Shown here piece after piece: positions 1-9,525 of a stretch of DNA of 48,123 bases. A program made the translations under genes and the position numbers. Below the pieces are notes generated by a model that saw only the letters and a program-made list of their open reading frames with translations, searched no databases and was not told where the DNA came from. Positions within the stretch are counted from its first letter, which is position 1. Each line of letters starts with the position of its first letter. This stretch comes from Coxiellaceae bacterium (GTDB lineage: Bacteria > Pseudomonadota > Gammaproteobacteria > Coxiellales > Coxiellaceae), in NCBI GenBank assembly GCA_014238325.1, contig JABABH010000231.1, forward strand, positions 1 through 48,123. Reading direction: 5' to 3'.

Positions 1-1
1 A

Positions 2-658
2 TTTTTCCATACTTTCAATACATTACTTGATAACCAACAGCAAATTGTGCTGACTTGTGACCGCTACCCCAAAGAAATTCATGGTTTAGAGGAACGACTG
101 CAATCTCGATTTGGCTGGGGCCTCACCGTATTTGTTGAGCCACCCGAATTAGAAACACGCGTTGCGATTTTAATCACAAAAGCAGAACAACTGAAAATCA
201 ACCTGTCCCAGGAGGTTGCATTTTTTATTGCTAAGCATATTCAGTCCAATGTTCGTGAACTTGAGGGGGCACTGAAAAGAGTGGTCGCTAATTCACAATT
301 TACAGGCCAAGCTATTACCGTTGAATTTACGCAAGAGGCATTAAAAGATTTACTGACCTTGCAAGCCAAATTAATAACCATAGAAAATATTCAAAAAACT
401 GCAGCTCAATATTATAAGATTAAAATCAGTGACTTATTATCAAAACGACGTAATCGTTCGATTGCACGACCTCGCCAGATGGCGATGGTCTTTGCTAAAG
501 AGCTCACCAACCATAGCTTGCCTGAAATTGGTGAGGCATTCGGTGGTCGAGATCATACGACCGTATTGCATGCATGCCGCACGATAAAAAATTTACTGAA
601 AACCTCCCCTGACCTTGCAGAAGATTATAAAAACCTTGTGCGCATTTTATCAGGCTAG
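2..658 (+). CDS. dnaA: Chromosomal replication initiator DnaA, C-terminal part (5' end outside window)
   Basis: The frame is open from the window edge ([26 protein letters not shown]...). AAA+ C-terminal region and domain IV HTH are present ([44 protein letters not shown]). dnaN and recF follow. Confidence 0.95.
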   Translation, partial: FFHTFNTLLDNQQQIVLTCDRYPKEIHGLEERLQSRFGWGLTVFVEPPELETRVAILITKAEQLKINLSQEVAFFIAKHIQSNVRELEGALKRVVANSQFTGQAITVEFTQEALKDLLTLQAKLITIENIQKTAAQYYKIKISDLLSKRRNRSIARPRQMAMVFAKELTNHSLPEIGEAFGGRDHTTVLHACRTIKNLLKTSPDLAEDYKNLVRILSG

Positions 659-709
659 GTTCTATCCAAGACATTATGACCCATCACTTCCATGGCTATA
701 GGAATCTAT

Positions 710-1828
710 ATGAAATTTGAATTACCTCGAGACACCTTGCTCAAACCCTTGCAACAAGTGATTGGCGTCATTGGCCGAAAACAGCTAGATCCCATGTTAG
801 CGCATGTGCTACTAGATATTACGTCTGAACAATTATCCATTACCGCGACAGATCTCGATATTGAACTCATCAGCCGAAGCCCTTTGGAGGTGCCGATTGA
901 CCAAATTTATCGGCTCACTTTACCTGGCCGAAAACTCGTCGATATCTGTCGCGCGATCCCAGAAGAGAGCCATATAACGGTGCATCCCGAAAAAGAACGT
1001 ATCACCCTAAGAGCAGGCAGCAGCCGGTTCACACTCTCCACCTTACCGGCAGAACATTTCCCCAATACTTTAGCCGCAAAAAGCCCTCAACGCTTGACGA
1101 TACCCGCCCCACCCTTTCTGCAATTGCTGCAGCGTACCGCCTTTGCTATGGCACAAGAAGACGTGCGGTTCTATTTTAATGGCATGCGACTCGAAATAAA
1201 AGACAACACTTTATCTACAGTCGCCAGCGATGGGCATCGCTTTGCTAAAAACAGTATGCCTGTGGATTGGCCTGAAGGTCAGCCACCTATAGGTATTATT
1301 ATCCCTTATAAAGCCGTGCAGGAACTATCCCGCATCATCTCAGATCATCCAGAGCCATTGGATATTTTTATAGAAGGTCCCTCGATTCGCGTCGTCGGAC
1401 AAACCTTTACGTGTACAGCCAAGTTGATTAAAGGACAATTTCCCGATTATTCCCATATCATTCCTAGGCTCACACAAACTCCTGCTATGATTGACCGGGA
1501 CAAGCTCAAGCATGCCTTATTACGCACCGCCGTGCTCTGTTATGAAAAAAGCAAAGGGGTCCGTCTCGAATTTAGTCAGAACCGGCTTCATTTATCCAAC
1601 CATACACCTGAACACGAAATTGCGGAAGAAGAACTCTCTATTGAATATACCGGTGAAACACTGACCTTCGCCTTTAATGTTCGCTATTTACTGGACATCC
1701 TTCAACATATGAATGCAGGCGACATACAATTTTCTTTATCCGATCCTAGCAGCAGTGTCCTCATCCAAGAAAAAGATGCTGCCTATAACGGCCTTTTTAT
1801 TGTGATGCCTATGCGGCTATATGACTAG
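710..1828 (+). CDS. dnaN: DNA polymerase III beta sliding clamp
   Basis: The ORF opens at 692. The internal ATG at 710 gives the canonical MKFELPRDTLLKPLQ N-terminus with AGGA 7-10 nt upstream. Length (~372 aa) and position between dnaA and recF fit. Confidence 0.93.
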   Translation: MKFELPRDTLLKPLQQVIGVIGRKQLDPMLAHVLLDITSEQLSITATDLDIELISRSPLEVPIDQIYRLTLPGRKLVDICRAIPEESHITVHPEKERITLRAGSSRFTLSTLPAEHFPNTLAAKSPQRLTIPAPPFLQLLQRTAFAMAQEDVRFYFNGMRLEIKDNTLSTVASDGHRFAKNSMPVDWPEGQPPIGIIIPYKAVQELSRIISDHPEPLDIFIEGPSIRVVGQTFTCTAKLIKGQFPDYSHIIPRLTQTPAMIDRDKLKHALLRTAVLCYEKSKGVRLEFSQNRLHLSNHTPEHEIAEEELSIEYTGETLTFAFNVRYLLDILQHMNAGDIQFSLSDPSSSVLIQEKDAAYNGLFIVMPMRLYD

Positions 1829-1834
1829 TTCCTT

Positions 1835-2917
1835 ATGCCCCTTATTCTCTCGCTACAAACGACCTGCTTTCGCAATTTATCTAGCATTCATATTGAACCG
1901 GCCCCCCATATTAATATTTTTTTAGGACATAATGGTGCAGGTAAAACGAGCTTACTAGAATCGATTTTTTATGCGAGTACTGGGCGATCCTTTCGCACAC
2001 AGCATGGGCAGCAGTTAATACAAGAAGATACAGACGCTTTATCTATTTGTCTCACTTTATCGCAATATGACACATCCTTCCCACTCGGTGTCACCAGACA
2101 CCGCTCTGGCATGAAACAACTACGCGTGCATGCGCAATCCGTAGACCGATGGTCTGAACTAGCACACCATCTTCCTATCTCTTTGTTAAGCCATGCTAAC
2201 CAACGTTTTCTATCCCATGGACCATCGATACGCCGTGCCTTTTTAGACTGGCTATTGTTTCACGTGGAACCTTCTTTTCTAGGGTGGTGGCAACAGTCCC
2301 AACGCGCGCTCAAACAACGCAATGCTGCACTCAAATCTGGCTATCCGAATGCTGACCTCCACTACTGGAACGAATCATTGAGCAGCAGTGCGGAAGCTAT
2401 CGATCGTATGCGAAGCCATATTTTAGCAGCCTGGCAACCTTGCTTTCTTGAACTATGCCAGACTTTCCTCCCACAATACGCTTTTACACTCTACTATCAT
2501 CGTGGCTGGCCAGCATCGACCTCGTTAACAGAGGCACTGGAAAAATCTTGGAACAGAGATTGTCAACTAGGTTATACTCAAATGGGCCCACATCGAGCCA
2601 ATTTAGACATCTGCGTGAACAGCATTCCTGCACAAGCCCGCTTATCCCAAGGGCAGCAAAAATTGCTGGCACATGCTCTATATCTTTCTCAAGGCATATT
2701 TCTCACCCAACACAATAGGCAGCAAGCCATTTACTTAGTCGATGACTTAGCGGATACCTTAGATCAGCAAGCGCAAAAAAATCTATTAGCTCAACTCATT
2801 TCACTCAACAACCAAATCTTTATGACCGCTATTCATGCAGCCTCCTTACCTAAGATCTTAGCAGATTGCCACACTAAAATGTTTCACGTGGAACAAGGTA
2901 AGATCTACGAAGCCTAA
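1835..2917 (+). CDS. recF: DNA replication and repair protein RecF
   Basis: 360 aa with an N-terminal Walker A (GHNGAGKTSLLESI) and a C-terminal Walker B-like segment (IYLVDDLADTLD). Canonical position after dnaN. Confidence 0.9.
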   Translation: MPLILSLQTTCFRNLSSIHIEPAPHINIFLGHNGAGKTSLLESIFYASTGRSFRTQHGQQLIQEDTDALSICLTLSQYDTSFPLGVTRHRSGMKQLRVHAQSVDRWSELAHHLPISLLSHANQRFLSHGPSIRRAFLDWLLFHVEPSFLGWWQQSQRALKQRNAALKSGYPNADLHYWNESLSSSAEAIDRMRSHILAAWQPCFLELCQTFLPQYAFTLYYHRGWPASTSLTEALEKSWNRDCQLGYTQMGPHRANLDICVNSIPAQARLSQGQQKLLAHALYLSQGIFLTQHNRQQAIYLVDDLADTLDQQAQKNLLAQLISLNNQIFMTAIHAASLPKILADCHTKMFHVEQGKIYEA

Positions 2918-3202
2918 AGCCACATACCTATGGCAGCGATGCAAAGCATAACCCTATAGTCTACTGAGTTCGTCATACTACCCTTGATTGCCCACATCCG
3001 CTGCACTAACCATGTTTTCCCTTATCACACAAGGTAATGGATATGCTACAGGAAGAGGTGCTATCAACAAGCACAACTGACTTCGATAAAGCTAAGCAAG
3101 AAGTCATCAAAAAATTCAGATCTGCTCAACTGGTTACAGGCCAGGGCGGCATTATAACCCCCTATTTTTAGGGATATTATTGAAGCCTCACCAGAAGCCG
3201 AC

Positions 3203-3754
3203 GTGGAGCAGCACGTGGCAGCTAAAATGGAATATTGTATGGAAACTTTTTCTGATTTTTCTGATGATGATCCCCATTGGTGGCCGACAAAACTGATGAC
3301 AAAGCAAGGAGATGTATGGGGCCTTAAGTTGCTATTCCACCATGATCTCAAGATTAAGCATAGATGTTTTAAAACAGGCAGTACACTGCTACATGTGGCG
3401 GCGTCACAGGGGCATATGGAGCGCGCTCAACTGCTCTTGGAGAACGGTGCAAATCTTGAAGCAAAAGATAAGCAGGGTAATACACCGCTAAAGCTGACGC
3501 TACACTGCATGATGTTTTTTAGAGCTAGATCGGCCGAATATTTGAAGGTCGCTGGACTGCTCCTGAAGTACGGTGCGAAGATAAACGAAAACACCTTAAC
3601 GTATGCAAAACAGACAGGGAAGCCGGAGCTCATCAATATAATTGAAGAGCATATAGCATCCCTCCTAGGCCTAGCCTCACAGGGTCCGACCCTGTTCCCA
3701 CTCAAAGCAGCATCTACATCACCAGAATCGCGTACCGATTGCAGTCCTAGGTGA
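3203..3754 (+). CDS. Ankyrin-repeat protein (eukaryotic-like)
   Basis: Clear ANK consensus: GSTLLHVAASQGHMERAQLLLENGANLEAKDKQGNTPLKLTL, then a further degenerate repeat (AGLLLKYGAKINENTL). The track start is GTG at 3203; ATGs at 3227 and 3239 are alternatives. See the finding on a possible upstream frameshift. Confidence 0.75.
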   Translation: MEQHVAAKMEYCMETFSDFSDDDPHWWPTKLMTKQGDVWGLKLLFHHDLKIKHRCFKTGSTLLHVAASQGHMERAQLLLENGANLEAKDKQGNTPLKLTLHCMMFFRARSAEYLKVAGLLLKYGAKINENTLTYAKQTGKPELINIIEEHIASLLGLASQGPTLFPLKAASTSPESRTDCSPR

Positions 3755-3764
3755 TAAGACGATA

Positions 3765-3795
3765 TTCAATGGGCGTTATACGAACGCCCATTGAA
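3765..3795. terminator. 13-bp perfect stem-loop between convergent genes (possible bidirectional terminator)
   Basis: TTCAATGGGCGTT-atacg-AACGCCCATTGAA lies between the ankyrin gene stop (3754) and the putP stop (3925). There is no strong U-tract on either side. Confidence 0.4.
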
Positions 3796-3924
3796 AGATA
3801 TATCCAGGCACCGCCATGCTTATGGGATGAATGACGTTATTCCATCAGCTCAGCAGATTGGCCAAGCATCGCTGTACCTATGGTTCTGTGCCCACCTAGG
3901 TAGGCGACACAGAACACCATGGGT

Positions 3925-5397
3925 TTATTTTATGTCGCTTTGCTCTTCAGTCGGCAGCATCTCTGGGATAGGAGATCGTGTGGACATAGCATGCTGCTCC
4001 CACAGGCCAATCGCGACACTGACGATAAGATTAGCCAAAAACCCTGGCACGATCTCGTAAAGCGCAAAGGCTCCGCCCATAGGAGCCAGCAATTTCCAAG
4101 CAACAACCACCACCGCACCAGCAATAACCCCCCCCAGTGCGGCATTGCGCGTCATATTTTTCCAGTATAGAGATAATAACATCACCGGGCCAAAGGTCGC
4201 GCCCAATCCACCCCAGGCAAAACTCACTAATGCCAAAATCGTCTGGTTTGGTTTCATCGCTAGCACAATCGCGAGCAAGGTAATCAGCATGACGCATACC
4301 CGACTCAATATTAATAGATGACGGCTGCCTGCCTTTTTATTGAAAAAGCGTTTATAAATATCTGCTGTTAAGGCACTAGAAGCCGCTAATAATTGCGCTG
4401 AGATTGTGCTCATAATGGCGGATAATACGGCTGCCAATAAGATGCCGGCAATCCACGGATTAAAAAGCACCTCTGATAAATGTAAAAATATGCTTTCTGG
4501 ATCTTTTAAATTATGATGGTAATAGATGGCCCCCAGCAGACCCACACCCATGGCACCAATCAGTGAACATATCATCCAGCCTGTACATATCCTCCGCGCC
4601 TGAGGCAGAACAGCTGGTGACTTTGCCGCCATAAATCGGACTAAGATATGAGGCTGACCAAAATAGCCCAAGCCCCAGGCTAATAAAGAAATCACGGTCA
4701 TCGCACTGATACCCGCTAACGGATGAAAAAAACTGGCGGGTAAATTCACATGTGTGCCAGCCTGCAGTAGGTGGCCATGGCATAACATATAGATCGGCAC
4801 CGCCAATAATGCCGCAAACATCAAACAACCTTGAAAGAAATCAATACGATTCACCGCTAGAAAGCCACCAATACTCGTATAGGCCATAATCAAGATCGCA
4901 AATAACCATAATGCGGTTCGATAATGTAATGCGAATATCGTATGAAATAATACGGCCCCTCCCACTAAAGCAGAGGACGCATAAAACGTAAAGAATAATA
5001 GAATCACGACCGCCATCAACATGCGTAATAAACCAGAACGATCTTTAAAACGGCGATCAAAATATTCAGGAATCGTCTGCGCATCATTCGCCTTTTCAGA
5101 CGCCACCCTCAAGCGTCCCGCTACAAAACGCCAATTTAAATATGCACCGAGCGTCAAGCCAATCGGTAGCCAAATTTGATTGAGCCCATGCACAAAAACG
5201 GTGCCTGGTAATGCCAATAACAGCCATCCACTCATATCTGAAGCACCAGCGCCTAATGCCGTGACAGGGCCACTTAGGCTCCGATTACTTAAAATAAATC
5301 CAGATAAACTCGACATACCGCGCTTAGAATAAACCGCAATAAGAAAAATAAAGATAAAATAAATAATAAAAGTAATAATTTGTGGCAGACTCGACAT
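3925..5397 (-). CDS. putP: Sodium/proline symporter (SSS family)
   Basis: 490 aa and polytopic. PutP-type N-terminal region (SNRSLSGPVTALGAGASDMSGWLLLALPG) with SSS-family length and hydrophobicity pattern. Confidence 0.85.
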   Translation of the reverse strand: MSSLPQIITFIIYFIFIFLIAVYSKRGMSSLSGFILSNRSLSGPVTALGAGASDMSGWLLLALPGTVFVHGLNQIWLPIGLTLGAYLNWRFVAGRLRVASEKANDAQTIPEYFDRRFKDRSGLLRMLMAVVILLFFTFYASSALVGGAVLFHTIFALHYRTALWLFAILIMAYTSIGGFLAVNRIDFFQGCLMFAALLAVPIYMLCHGHLLQAGTHVNLPASFFHPLAGISAMTVISLLAWGLGYFGQPHILVRFMAAKSPAVLPQARRICTGWMICSLIGAMGVGLLGAIYYHHNLKDPESIFLHLSEVLFNPWIAGILLAAVLSAIMSTISAQLLAASSALTADIYKRFFNKKAGSRHLLILSRVCVMLITLLAIVLAMKPNQTILALVSFAWGGLGATFGPVMLLSLYWKNMTRNAALGGVIAGAVVVVAWKLLAPMGGAFALYEIVPGFLANLIVSVAIGLWEQHAMSTRSPIPEMLPTEEQSDIK

Positions 5398-5651
5398 GGG
5401 ATCCTCTTTATAAGTGGGATAGAAAGACGTGGGTCAACAACGGCATTGATCTATCCAAGCTATCAATAGCATGGACTTTCTATTTTAACCTATTGTCTTA
5501 AAAAAATACAGCCCTCCACTCTTGAGCCCCCAAACAAAATCATGTAACTATTTAATATACATGATATTATTCGATAAAATTTGCAATAACTTAGCCTCAA
5601 TAAAAATAGCTATTCCAGCGGTAAACCGCATTCTCAGCCCCCCCTATTAAA

Positions 5652-6893
5652 TCATACAGCAGTAGGCACCGCTCCATCGCCCACTCGAACAAACGATGGC
5701 TTACGCATAAAACGATCGACAATATGACGCCCTATGGGCAAACTAGCCGTGGCAGCGGGTGAAGGCGCATTACAAACATATAAACTACGTGATGTTTCCA
5801 TAAATAAAAAATCTTCAATCAGCTGTCCGCTAGCTCCCACAGCTTGAGCGCGCACACCTGCTGGGTATCGCTGCAAATCCTGGGATTGAATCATAGGAAA
5901 ATAGCGCTGCACCATATTCAAATAACATGACTTAAACATGGAATCACGCCATTGAGCATAGATCATTTTATAATGACGAGCGCATAACTTCCACACCGCA
6001 GGCTGACAAGCGGCTTCCCAACAATCTCGTATATTGATATCCCTCCAACGATAACCCTCTCGCGATAAAGCTAGTACCGCATTAGGACCCACTGTCACAG
6101 AGCTATCCATATGCGGCGTAAAATGCACGCCCAAAAAAGGATAGGCTGGATGGGGAACAGGGTAAATTAAATGCTTAATCATCGTATTGTATGTGTGCTT
6201 CAAGACATAATACTCGCCACGAAAAGGTAAGATTTTAAAATTTGGAGCCAAGCCCGACATCTTTAACAAGCGATCCGCCTGTAATCCGCCGCAAACCATT
6301 AAATAAGCACCGGTATACGTATCCGTCGCAGTACGTACCACCACCTGCTGCATCGACTCTTTAATACCTCTAACCCGTGCTTGGCAGCAAATTTCTCCGC
6401 CATACTGCCTAAATAGCGTCGCATATTGCTCACATACGCGCTTCCAATCGACAATAGCTGTGTCTTTTACAAAAAGCGCACCCGCAGAGCGCAGCCCGGG
6501 CTGTAGACGGTTTGTCTCCGCCATGCTCATTTTTTTAACTATCAAGCCATTCTCAAGACAGCGATGCATCAAAGCATTTAAGCGCACCAACTCCTCTTCT
6601 TCCACAGCGTTAATAATTTTACCGGGCACTTGAATAGGGATTTTGTAGATTTCACAAAAATGTTTGATTTCTCTGGAACCTGCTATACAAAATTGTGCCT
6701 TTAAACTATCGGGAGGATAATAGACTCCAGCATGAATCACCCCACTGTTATGCCCTGTTTGATGCGACCCCAAGACAGCCTCTTTTTCTAACAGGAGCAC
6801 TCGTAGGGTTTTATCCCGCTGCAATAACTGAAAGGCTGTCGAGCAGCCAATAATACCTCCACCAATGATAATCACATCATAGTGCACAGACAT
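5652..6893 (-). CDS. lhgO: L-2-hydroxyglutarate oxidase/dehydrogenase (FAD-dependent)
   Basis: Matches E. coli LhgO (YgaF), as I recall it, along the whole length: DVIIIGGGIIGCSTAFQL, HQTGHNSGVIHAGVYYPPDSLKAQFC, ILPFRGEYY, LIYPVPHPAYPFLGVHFT, GPNAVLALSREGY, PAGVRAQAV, CNAPSPAATASLPIG. Confidence 0.88.
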   Translation of the reverse strand: MSVHYDVIIIGGGIIGCSTAFQLLQRDKTLRVLLLEKEAVLGSHQTGHNSGVIHAGVYYPPDSLKAQFCIAGSREIKHFCEIYKIPIQVPGKIINAVEEEELVRLNALMHRCLENGLIVKKMSMAETNRLQPGLRSAGALFVKDTAIVDWKRVCEQYATLFRQYGGEICCQARVRGIKESMQQVVVRTATDTYTGAYLMVCGGLQADRLLKMSGLAPNFKILPFRGEYYVLKHTYNTMIKHLIYPVPHPAYPFLGVHFTPHMDSSVTVGPNAVLALSREGYRWRDINIRDCWEAACQPAVWKLCARHYKMIYAQWRDSMFKSCYLNMVQRYFPMIQSQDLQRYPAGVRAQAVGASGQLIEDFLFMETSRSLYVCNAPSPAATASLPIGRHIVDRFMRKPSFVRVGDGAVPTAV

Positions 6894-6895
6894 GA

Positions 6896-7648
6896 TTATA
6901 GGCCCTCGTACATCTCTAACACCTCATGGACATCACCAAAAGCTTTAATTTCGCCGTGTTCTAGCCATAAAGCTTTATCACAAACTTTTCTGATTAAATC
7001 ATTAGAATGGGATGCCAATACCAAGGTATGCATCTTTTGATAAAAATCGTCGATGCGTTGCTTAGCTTTCTTCACAAACCCAGCATCACCGGTACTAATA
7101 TGCTCGTCCATCAAGATAATATCAGACTCTAAGCTGGTCATCACAGAAAAACTCAAGCGCGTCATCATACCCGAAGAATAGCTGCGCACTGGGAGGTGAA
7201 TAAAATCTCCTAATTCACTAAATTCAATAATGTCCTGTTCCTTCTTCGCAATTTCCTGCTTAGACATGCCAAAGAGCATACACATCGTTCGGATATTTTC
7301 GATACCGGTATCATCAGCCTCTACACCGACGTCCATACTTAATAATGGGATAACTTTACCACGACAAATATAGTGACCATGGGTCGGTCGGTAAATACGC
7401 GCCAACAATCTTAGCAAGGTGGTTTTTCCTGCTCCATTATGACCGACTAATCCTAAACGATCTCCGCGCTGAATGGTAAACGAAATATCTCGTAATGCAT
7501 CCACCTTGATCTTATTTTTCTTATTTTTGCTGATTTTCCCACCTAAACAATTCACCATCGAAGAACGAAACCCTCGATTAACATCAAAGATAGGGACCTC
7601 GAGCGATACATGGTGCAATTCAATTTGATTATTCATCTTTATAACCAA
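6896..7648 (-). CDS. Polysaccharide-export ABC transporter, ATP-binding protein (short Wzt/KpsT/TagH-like)
   Basis: Walker A GHNGAGKTTLLRLL, signature YSSGMMTRLSF, Walker B IILMDEHISTGD. 250 aa, so there is no C-terminal carbohydrate-binding extension. Overlaps the upstream permease gene. Confidence 0.85.
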   Translation of the reverse strand: MVIKMNNQIELHHVSLEVPIFDVNRGFRSSMVNCLGGKISKNKKNKIKVDALRDISFTIQRGDRLGLVGHNGAGKTTLLRLLARIYRPTHGHYICRGKVIPLLSMDVGVEADDTGIENIRTMCMLFGMSKQEIAKKEQDIIEFSELGDFIHLPVRSYSSGMMTRLSFSVMTSLESDIILMDEHISTGDAGFVKKAKQRIDDFYQKMHTLVLASHSNDLIRKVCDKALWLEHGEIKAFGDVHEVLEMYEGL

Positions 7649-8505
7649 TATATTAATTTATTATAATTACGCCCTAAATAAACCATCGTGCCCACGCCAC
7701 CCACTAACAAAATTATAATATCGACGGTCCAATTGATCAGGTGCGCAGGTTGGCCCAATAGTGGATATCGAACCGTACTAATAAAATGATAGAGAGGATT
7801 CATATATGTCGTCACGAAAGCAATTTTGCCCCCACCTAACTGAGACTCCGGCCAAAAAATAGGCGTCACAAACATCGCGATTTGTAAGACACTCGATACA
7901 ATAGGCTGCATATCCCGTAGACGTGCACATAGCAATCCCAACGCAATCGAGATCCAAGTACAATTTAAAAATAGTAATATTAAGCCTGGAATTGCTAATA
8001 CTGTATAGCCATTCAAAGGTACTTGAAACATAATCGCGACAGCAATAAATACAATAAGATGATGGAAAAATACCATAATATTGCGAGCAACTACTTGAAA
8101 AGCATAAAAACTATAGGCCCAAGTCATCTGCTTGATATATTTCTCTGTCGAGATAAACGTTAAACATGAGTCGTTCACCGTAGCAGAAAAAAATACCCAA
8201 GCAACATAAGCCGCGGAAAAAGTCGGTAAATATTCACGCACGTTCTGATGCCATAGGCCGCAGGATAATACCCCCAAACTACCAATAAATATTGCTACAC
8301 TTAAAGTCGACCAAAAAGGGCCTAATTGCGTCCGGCGATACCGCCTCCTGATCTCCGCGTGCGCGAGATAAAGCCATAATTTCCATATTTTCAATCCTTG
8401 GAAATAATCTCTCGCTCCGATATAAAAATAACCACGTCGTTTAGGCTCAATTAAAGTGGTGATATCCAGGGTATCTGCAACGGGTATATTCGTCATGTCT
8501 TCCAT
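7639..8505 (-). CDS. ABC-2 type polysaccharide-export permease (Wzm-like)
   Basis: 288 aa with about six hydrophobic spans. It has the conserved N-terminal region of ABC-2 permeases (AHAEIRRRYRRTQLGPFWSTL) and is translationally coupled to the ATPase gene. Confidence 0.8.
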   Translation of the reverse strand: MEDMTNIPVADTLDITTLIEPKRRGYFYIGARDYFQGLKIWKLWLYLAHAEIRRRYRRTQLGPFWSTLSVAIFIGSLGVLSCGLWHQNVREYLPTFSAAYVAWVFFSATVNDSCLTFISTEKYIKQMTWAYSFYAFQVVARNIMVFFHHLIVFIAVAIMFQVPLNGYTVLAIPGLILLFLNCTWISIALGLLCARLRDMQPIVSSVLQIAMFVTPIFWPESQLGGGKIAFVTTYMNPLYHFISTVRYPLLGQPAHLINWTVDIIILLVGGVGTMVYLGRNYNKLIYWL

Positions 8506-8569
8506 CTAGTACTCTCAAAGTTAAAAAATAAATAGGTTATGATATCCGGATATTTTGCTCATGCTCATC

Positions 8570-9319
8570 TTAACGGGTATAAGCTAGCCCTTCTCCTGCA
8601 TCAATCGGCAGCATACAACCACAAAATAAAGGCCCTGGGTGATCGGCTATCATCTTGATCACGGAGACGATGTCTGAGGCCGGACAAAGCTGCATCGCAG
8701 GCAACCGTGAAGAAAAGCGTTCAAATTTCTCAAAATCTTCTTGTTTAAAATCAAACATATTATTCCCCTCAGCCATAAAACTACCTGGAGAAATCCCCGT
8801 GACCACAACGCCCGTCGATGCCAAAGCCCGACCTAAGCTTCTCACATAAGCCGCTAACGCAGATTTAGCGGTATTATACGCAACCGATCCACAGGATGCA
8901 TCCGATGCCGTCGAGCCCACATGAATGACGACCCCCCTATGACGTTCTATCATTTTCGGAATGATATGATGATTAATTTGCGTGGCTGCACATAAATTAA
9001 TATCTAATAACTGACCTAAATCTGCTCTGCTCAGCAATGGATCATGCTTTTTAAATCCACCACCAGCACAATGGAGAATAATATCAGGAATAAAATTCCT
9101 GGCCAACATATCTGTAATGGTCGCCTCTACTGCATGTGCCTCTCTAAAATCAACAGCATAAATTTCACTGGGATAATCTAATTCTGCTTGCAACACATGT
9201 AATTTTTCTTGAGATCCAGAGAATAAACATAGATGCGCCCCCAGCCTTGAGAAAAAGCGGCTGCATGCTTTTCCTAATCCAGACCCAGCTCCCGTGATGA
9301 GTATTTTTTTATCTTCCAT
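8570..9319 (-). CDS. Short-chain dehydrogenase/reductase (SDR)
   Basis: TGxxxGxG (ILITGAGSGLGKA), catalytic YxxxK (YNTAKSAL), 249 aa. Confidence 0.8.
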   Translation of the reverse strand: MEDKKILITGAGSGLGKACSRFFSRLGAHLCLFSGSQEKLHVLQAELDYPSEIYAVDFREAHAVEATITDMLARNFIPDIILHCAGGGFKKHDPLLSRADLGQLLDINLCAATQINHHIIPKMIERHRGVVIHVGSTASDASCGSVAYNTAKSALAAYVRSLGRALASTGVVVTGISPGSFMAEGNNMFDFKQEDFEKFERFSSRLPAMQLCPASDIVSVIKMIADHPGPLFCGCMLPIDAGEGLAYTR

Positions 9320-9525
9320 GCCTCTGAATATTACACCATACGAATTGAATGAAATTGAGGCTCAAGATTAGCAAGTCTTAATCCACTGAACAAGCATTCC
9401 TTGATGATAATTTAAGCAAATTTGAAGCAACACATCATCGATCACTGCTATGACTCTTGTTTGTTGATAGGATTATTGCTACGGTATGCTCTCTTAAAGC
9501 AAGCTCCACAACAGCATAATGGACC

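Noticed and set aside
2455-4828. Small ORFs nested in or antisense to recF, the ankyrin gene and putP (2455..2718, 2484..2672, 3064..3351, 3427..3705, 3791..4060, 3919..4170, 3930..4145, 4031..4297, 4511..4828).
   Set aside because: All are embedded in longer ORFs with strong family signatures, and their translations are low-complexity or Cys/Trp/Arg-rich, as expected for off-frame reads. Similar nested ORFs elsewhere (for example 7778..7963, 8655..8849, 10456..10683, 11141..11332, 25992..26243, 31225..32009, 41813..43610, 45224..46812) were rejected for the same reason.
661-5459. DnaA-box-like words (tctatccaag at 661..670 and 5450..5459) as possible oriC elements.
   Set aside because: They differ from TTATCCACA at several positions, are single and isolated, and no AT-rich unwinding element or box cluster is nearby.
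8542-8553. Perfect 12-nt palindrome ATATCCGGATAT between the SDR gene and the permease gene.
   Set aside because: It is too short and has no loop, so it cannot be a terminator hairpin. It could be an operator, but a single 12-mer palindrome is expected by chance in 48 kb.
9320-9525. Search for a JUMPStart/ops element (GGCGGTAG) and clear promoters in the divergent control region of the polysaccharide cluster.
   Set aside because: There is no ops match. The only candidate is a weak TTGTTG-18 nt-TATGCT (9461..9490), too weak to report as a feature.
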